A stretch of 54,314 nucleotides of DNA, taken from positions 135,895,132 to 135,949,445 of the forward strand of contig NC_068984.1 in the NCBI RefSeq assembly GCF_001194135.2, read 5' to 3'. The notes beneath the pieces were generated by a model that worked only from the letters and a program-made list of their open reading frames with translations, made no database searches and was not told the origin of the DNA. Both the position numbers and the translations under genes were made by a program. This DNA is from Octopus bimaculoides (lineage: Eukaryota). Of the stretch, positions 46,891 through 54,314 are shown piece after piece (position 1 is the first letter of the stretch; every line of letters starts with the position of its first letter).

Positions 46891-47595
46891 NNNNNNNNNN
46901 NNNNNNNNNNNNNNNNNNNNNNNNNNNNNNNNNNNNNNNNNNNNNNNNNNNNNNNNNNNNNNNNNNNNNNNNNNNNNNNNNNNNNNNNNNNNNNNNNNNN
47001 NNNNNNNNNNNNNNNNNNNNNNNNNNNNNNNNNNNNNNNNNNNNNNNNNNNNNNNNNNNNNNNNNNNNNNNNNNNNNNNNNNNNNNNNNNNNNNNNNNNN
47101 NNNATATATATATATATATATATAGCTTGCTTTAAGGACTACGAGTGACGGTTTTTTGATAACTATTGAGAGTACTTCTAATTTCTGTGAAGATATTTAC
47201 ATCACTGTCTTCATTTGGAAGGTAAAATATTAACATTTTAAAGATTTACTCTCAAAAGACATCTTTAATATATTAATGGTACGTTAATACATAAATGTTG
47301 TTGCATAATCTCATTATCAATGGCATTGATAAATTTACTGAACATTTCACGCCATCAAACAAGATGTGAGGTGATCATTAATAACCATTATTTAAGCAAA
47401 CATTATATAATAACAGCAATAAACTTATCTTATGTATTCATAACTTTTCCTGAGTAATTAATTAACAGCTAACTGTAATTCATAATATGTGCCAGATTTA
47501 ATTACATTTAGCGACGCTTTGTACGTTCGTCTGTATTTGTTTCTATGTATTTATAGAAACCATTCTAACATAGGTTGCTCCGTATGTGTGTTTAA

Positions 47596-47661
47596 GTGTG
47601 TTTCAGTGTGTGTTTATGTGTGTTTCAGTGTGTGTTTATGTGTGTTTCAGTGTGTGTTTAT
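47596..47661 (+). repeat. 22-bp minisatellite, 3 perfect copies of gtgtgtttcagtgtgtgtttat
   Basis: Copies at 47596, 47618 and 47640. Confidence 0.9.
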
Positions 47662-48441
47662 GTTATGGGTATGTGTGCTTATGTGCATATGTGTTTATAG
47701 GCTTATATATGAGTTACCAAGATGATTACATGGACAAAGGTTTTCCAAATGTTTTTCGAAAGCAAGAAATATGAGATTGGATCCATATGCACAACTTGTT
47801 GCAAGCGGTCACCTGTTACAGTGCATATGGTTACTCTAAATGACATGATTATATTTGAACGTACTGTTGGATTTTGTATAAACTTGTAATATAAATAAAC
47901 GTATATCATGTGAAGACACGTTGTAGAATTTAGAATATGACGCTCACTATCATAATCTCTAGTATTCGACACCTGGATAAGTCAGCATGTCCTGTTTTTA
48001 TCATTGTATTTCATTCACTTCATTTCAGCGAAAATTGTACATGAAACAGGTACTTGTGTATTGGACTACTCTTCAAGCTCTAACATCTTAAATTTTCTGT
48101 TGTGTCCAGTTTTGGTTGTGGATTGAGATCGCCACATAAAATAATTAACGACATCACAGTACATGACTGCAAATTAAGCCGTAGAAAATACATCCTAAGA
48201 CATTAGCATCGGATCTAGGAGAATCAATGTTCTAGTGATAGTAGGACGACACGCCACGTGGATATTTCATTCGTTGTATACTGTAGAAATATTTCGTTCA
48301 GTTAAAATCATCTGGAAATGTGTTATATTCCATGTGCTATTTTATAAATCGTATGTGGTGAGTGATTGTGTGTGTGAGGGGGGGGGTGAGAGGGAGAGAC
48401 AGAGAGAGAGAGACAGAGAGAGAGAGACAGAGAGTTATATG

Positions 48442-48472
<31 letters not shown>

Positions 48473-49294
48473 CAGCAGAAAATTACAGAAATGGCTCAAG
48501 GGTCCACAGATCAGTGCGTGGTTCTTATCAAGATTTGATGACATTTGATAAATGCCGTGCACTATACGCTTAGCCCCTGAGTACATGTAACTTTCTACCT
48601 ATTGTAATTAGAAAATATATACACTGATGTATTGATTTCCGTTTCTTCTAATTCTGCTACCAAACCTTTGTGTGTCTCTGAACGTAAGTTTACGACAAAA
48701 TGCCTATGCGTGTATTTGTTTATTAGCGCTTGCCAGTGAAGATTTTCCTGAAGCGAAGAAAATATTCCACTTGAATCGTCATACTTGTATCAAGTAGAAA
48801 CATCAAATTAAGTCTACGGCTGCCAGTAGGAATTAAATGTATGATAACAGATAACACGAACAGATAGACTGAGACAGAGAGCAAGAAAATAGAACGCATG
48901 AGACTTTTGTAAGAGGCCTTTAAATGCAGAATGGTAATAGTCTATCTATTATAAGTTCTTCACAAATCTTAAAGTTATCGAAAATAGCTACGCTTCTGAT
49001 GTATATTCTCCAGAAAGCAAAATAGTCTGGATTGTAGGAGAAAATACTGTTCTTCGAGGAACGCAATGTTTGGTAATTGGAGAGGGATGCGTATGTTATA
49101 AGAGGAAATGGAATAAAGCAAAGCGTGTTGTGATCTGACATAAAAGAAACAGACAGAAAGACAGAGACGGTGATTAATAGTGAACATTCTCGTAATGGCT
49201 GCTTAAATTTCTGCATCAATAAAAGCCGTATTTATTAAAGCAGAACGCAGCCAGACGTTGCATATATTATACTAATGTAGACGTGTAACCAATC

Positions 49295-49625
49295 ATTAGC
49301 ACACACATGTAAAAGTATATATACAAATGTTGCTATGTAGCCTTGCGAACATGTAATCCTTGAATAGATGAATAATCAAACATATGTATATACATTTGTA
49401 TGTGTGCATGTGTAGGTTTCTACACACACAAACACACATATTGTATATGTGCGAGTGTGTGTATATATGTACATATATATGTATGTATGTATATGTGTAT
49501 ATGTACGTGTATATATATTTACATACGTTCATTGACTTTATTGCAACATTTATATGTGTATTTATCTGTATGCACACGCTCAGGGGCACACATGCACACA
49601 CACACATATGTATACATACATACAG

Positions 49626-49674
<49 letters not shown>

Positions 49675-49905
49675 CATGCCTTTATACATTTCTATATATA
49701 CTAATACATATATGCATACATATACATAATATACATAAGGATATTAACGTGGGTGTATGCATATGTATATATATATATATATATGCACACGTAGTTACAA
49801 ATGTTCACACATACACATACATAGACACCAACACAGAATTGAGTAAATTTGTGTATGTATGTATGTATGTATATGTGTATATATGATAGTGCGCATGCAT
49901 GTATG
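49295..49905. repeat. Degenerate CA/TA/GTAT low-complexity region
   Basis: Directly visible. Confidence 0.85.
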
Positions 49906-50486
49906 TATTTGTACTTTCTCACTTACGTACATTGCTGACTACATTTGCACATATCTCTGTATGTTTGCTTGTCTATGTGTCTAAAGTAACAATAGCACAA
50001 GCTCTACATATACGAAAGCCCTTAAGGATAATAACTTCCGATACTAAAACGCGCAGCGGTCGAGAAGTTTCCTTCCCATATTATCAGTAATATTTATATA
50101 ACATTATGTAATGGCGTTTCGACTAAATCAAATGAGATTTAACTATCATTTACTGATCATTGGCTACGCCAGCAATAGACTGGAAAATTAGACATCTTCC
50201 TTTCTAGTATCAAGATGTCCAACATTAGCCGAGAATGAGATTCAAATTGAATTTTACTGCTTTATTAATGGAAGATTTTGCTTGATGTTCAGTATATAAT
50301 GTGTATACCTGTGTGTTGAATTTTGGAATTAAGGACGTCCATCTTTTATGTAATTTGTAAATGTTAATGGGTAAACTAATATTCACAATTATAATATCAA
50401 GGAAGACGATAGTAATGTTAATAATAATAATCATTATTAGTGTTATAAATATCATTGACATTGTTATAATCATCTGTAATATTGTT

Positions 50487-50939
<453 letters not shown>

Positions 50940-51610
50940 GTCTATGTTGAATTTATTATATTTTTCGTATTCATTTGATTTCCATTTATTTCAGCTTCCG
51001 GCTGGCTTTCAACCACAGACCTAAAGCACGTATATATTAAATGGAGAGAAACTTCCATGAGAAGGTGAACGGCAGATGTCAGTTCAATTCTTTGAACCAC
51101 ATAGATTGTTGGTTTCCTTGGAATCTGGTCAAAATTTGTTCGGTACTTTTGATTATTCCCAGAGCACCCACAACAATGTTTTACTGTATCTATTTCTTTC
51201 CTCATAAGCATATCTAAGTCCTTACTACGTAAGGGATTTTATTGCCAGTGTTCACTTAAGGTCCTTTGTAGTTCCAATTTAGATAGGGTTTAACTTGCAT
51301 CGCAGCCTTTTCTTAGTATTCCTCTTGGTTATCAGGCATTTTGATTTTGAATAGATTTTTTGGACTACTCGTCTACCTTGAAGATCGAAGACCGTTTTGT
51401 TTTTGTTTTCCTCATGCTCTGCGATTATTTGTATCGTTTGTTATTTATTTACCTACTCCAGAATTAGAAGCTCTTTGATGGTTATTTTAAAGTAGTTTTC
51501 CAGTTGTATAAGGCTTTTACTATCTTCAGTTCGTTCTATATGGAACAACACTATGTTGGATTTTGTATGGTATCTTCTAAATTCTGTCATCATTTTTTCG
51601 TAAAGGAAGG

Positions 51611-51829
51611 AGAAGAAGAAGAAGAAGAAGAAGAAGAAGAAGAAGGGGAAAAAGATAAAAAGAAAAAGAAGAAGAAGGGAAAAAAGATAAAAAGAAAAAG
51701 AAGAAGAAGGGAAAAAAGATAAAAAGAAGAAGAAGGGAAAAAAGATAAAAAGAAAAAGAAGAAGAAGAAAGGAAAAAAGATAAAAAGAAAAAGAAGAAGA
51801 AGAAGGGAAAAAAAGATAAAAAGAAGAAG
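51611..51829 (+). repeat. Pure-purine-dominated minisatellite: (GAA)n plus 6 copies of a 26-35 bp unit (gaa)n-gggaaaaaagataaaaag(aaaaa)
   Basis: aaaaagataaaaag recurs six times with a variable number of GAA triplets. Confidence 0.9.
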
Positions 51830-54137
51830 AGTCACTTTTCATAAAAGGACAAGGTGACTTCAAATTTGGTGTTGAAATTTAGCTGATTAAATTCCATAGC
51901 AGTTCAGAATTGGTAAATTATTTTTCCTATCATGTATGGATAAGAAGAAAAGTGAACTCGACGTATTTGAACAGTGAACATAAAAAGTCTAGAATAATTA
52001 CCTAAACATAGTTCTTCTGATTTTCCATTAATTCTGCTATATGCAGATATTTTCCAGCGAAATTCATTATCCCTACTTCTAAATTATGCAAGAGGAAACC
52101 AAAATACATCCTGGCGTCCAGTATTAAAGAAATCAATAAACTACTCTTCGTAGATTCCTTCAAAATTATACCATATAACAGTTGGATTGAATTCTTTGGA
52201 TCAATCTGTTAATTTCCAAAGGAAGAATCGGATCGTACATTGCGATTTCATATGTGTCACCTTAGTATTATGTATTTGAATCAAAAGGTAAACACACAGA
52301 GAATTACAATTCAGATATTAAGGCGAAGTGGGGCTGAAGGCTTGTAAGAAATTTTGTGAGAAATTTAAATATATGCGTGTCAAGCTAAAACGAGACAAAG
52401 CCTTGTAAATCAGAGAGGGAGAGGAATAAGAAAAACAGAAGAACTACTTTCCAAATATAACTAGGAGCAAGGGAATAACAATAACTATATTAACACTGAA
52501 ACATTATAAATAGTAAGATATCATTTGATATTTCTGCAGTGAAATATAAGAACCGGATGTATTTGTTACATTCACCAAAATGCAGATAACAAGGCTTAAT
52601 GCGTTTACATAGTAGACGCATTGATGGTAGATCATATAAGAGAGAAAAGTGGAGGCATATGTTACTCAAAAAGATTTAGAACACTTGATATACATGTAGG
52701 TGATAAACTACTTTAGGATAAGAGAAGATAAGCTTACATTGGCATCGGCAGCTACTTGGTTTCAGGTTCAATTCTACTATTCTATTCATCAAATGAATCT
52801 CTTCTAAGTTACCACGGCAGTGTTTATGGGTGTAAATAGGCAGATTGCACTCGCAGGAAGATTGTCGGTCGGGTCTTGAGCGATTAAGTTCATATAATTT
52901 CAAACCACTGGCTGTCGAGTATCGTTATAAAATTACAGGTTACACTTTCCTTCTTGCCATTTATCTCAGAGACACCGTAAGAAAAGTTTGAATACAATAA
53001 ATACAAGATCAATGCAATCAACATTTCGGTAAAAAGTGCGAATCATTTATCGAAATATAAAATGAATCAAGCAATTAACTGCTAATATACCAAAGTATAG
53101 CACGGTAGAACAAGAACAACAAGATTGGTTGAGATTTGAACGGAACAACAGAATAGAGCAGCAGCACTCAGGCGTAAGAAGAATAGATCTATTGAAACGA
53201 GTTTAAAGAGGAGCTTGAGAGTAAAACGGAATTGTAAACCATATAATTTGTAAATTTTGAGAGAGGATATATACAAATATAAAAAAGCACAAATGTATGA
53301 AGAAAATATATTTCTACGGATTAAAAGAATATTTATATTCAAATTATATTGGTAATGGCATCATCTTCATCATCTCTCAAATTCTCATTGAAAATGGCTG
53401 GTTTAAGATTCTGGAGATTGCTCTTAACTTAAATGAAAGTTGATCCATAATAGTGAAAAAAATATATAATTTATCACATTTCTATTTAAATCCCTGCTTA
53501 TCCTATCATATTACATCTATGAATCTTGAGTGCTGACAATCTAATCATACTAATTTCTTTCTGTATTACTGAATATGGTGTACGGGTAAGTATGTCTGTG
53601 AATGTCATATGTAGTTGTGTTCAAGAAATATTCGTTTTTTCACCGTTAATACAATTATGGATTTATTGTGGTAATCAGTTAAGTTGTGTTGTTTTTTTTC
53701 TGCAGTTACGAAGTAAGAAATGTCAATCTCTCGAGTTAAGACTGAGTTTTCTTAACGCATTGAAAAGTTGATCTGAATTTATGTAGGAAAATGTTTCTGA
53801 AAGAAGCGAATAATTATATTCTGAGACATGTCTGTTCATCGTAGCAAGAAACAAAAAAGAACTTGTTTTATTGTATTCGTTGTCCTGGATATGCAATGCT
53901 GTTGAAACGGAACAAAATATGCTGCATTTCATATTTTGATTTCATGTTCAAAGAGGCAAGCAAATCTACCAAAGCGTGAAGCGTTTCATACAGAAAAAAA
54001 GCGATTTTCAAGAAACGCAAACAAAACGATTTCAAAACAATAAGCACAGTGGGATTCACGTACAATACAAAATACACACGCATACGCACACGCACTCACA
54101 CACATATACATACACACACGTAGATGTATAGAGCAGT

Positions 54138-54290
54138 CTAGGACATTTATCCCCCCCCCTTCCTGGACAATAACCCCACGAGGACAATTACCCATGAGGT
54201 CAACACGTGATGATATACAACTTCTTAATGTATTGAGAAATGGTCATTAACCAAGGATTAATTAATTGCCGTCGGGGTGATTCTCCTGAT
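54138..54290. mobile_element. Possible degenerate MITE with GGACAATTNCCCC subterminal repeats
   Basis: ggacatttatcccc (54141), ggacaataacccc (54165), ggacaattaccc (54182) and an inverse-like ggggtgattctcc (54274). Confidence 0.35.
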
Positions 54291-54314
54291 AAGGTATATA
54301 TATATGTACGTATA

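Noticed and set aside
48941-49138. Stop-free stretch LKVIENSYASDVYSPESKIVWIVGEN...
   Set aside because: No start, splice support or recognisable motif; the length is compatible with chance.
52725-52800. Very old SINE A head (ggtttcaggttcaattc)
   Set aside because: Only a B-box-like match; too degenerate to support.
53066-53206. 46-codon protein-like frame (TVEQEQQDWLRFERNNRIEQQH...)
   Set aside because: Short, purine-biased, no homology recognised and no clear splice sites.

Overview
AT-rich, microsatellite-dense animal genomic DNA with 11 assembly gaps (about 5.0 kb of N), most abutting simple repeats. The SINE families and repeat style resemble what I recall from Octopus; this taxon call is an inference. 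I found no confident host-gene exon, tRNA/rRNA gene or CRISPR array, and nearly all listed ORFs are artefacts of microsatellites, N-runs or SINEs. The window is an intronic or intergenic transposon graveyard. It holds tRNA-derived SINEs of three kinds (called A, B and C/V-like here), fragments of four non-LTR retrotransposon types (CR1/Jockey-group 3' end, CCHC-knuckle ORF1, R4/Dong-like REL-endonuclease 3' ends, RTE 3' end) and three distinct dead Tc1/mariner transposases. The best candidate for a novel system is at 33706-34100: two 149-bp inverted arms (18 mismatches, 97-bp spacer). Each arm contains a complete type I hammerhead ribozyme fold (CUGAAGA...GAAA, GUA cleavage triplet, very short stem III that is palindromic in the left copy), pointing outward head-to-head, like a Penelope pseudo-LTR or retrozyme unit. 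All alignments were done by eye; no database search was run.
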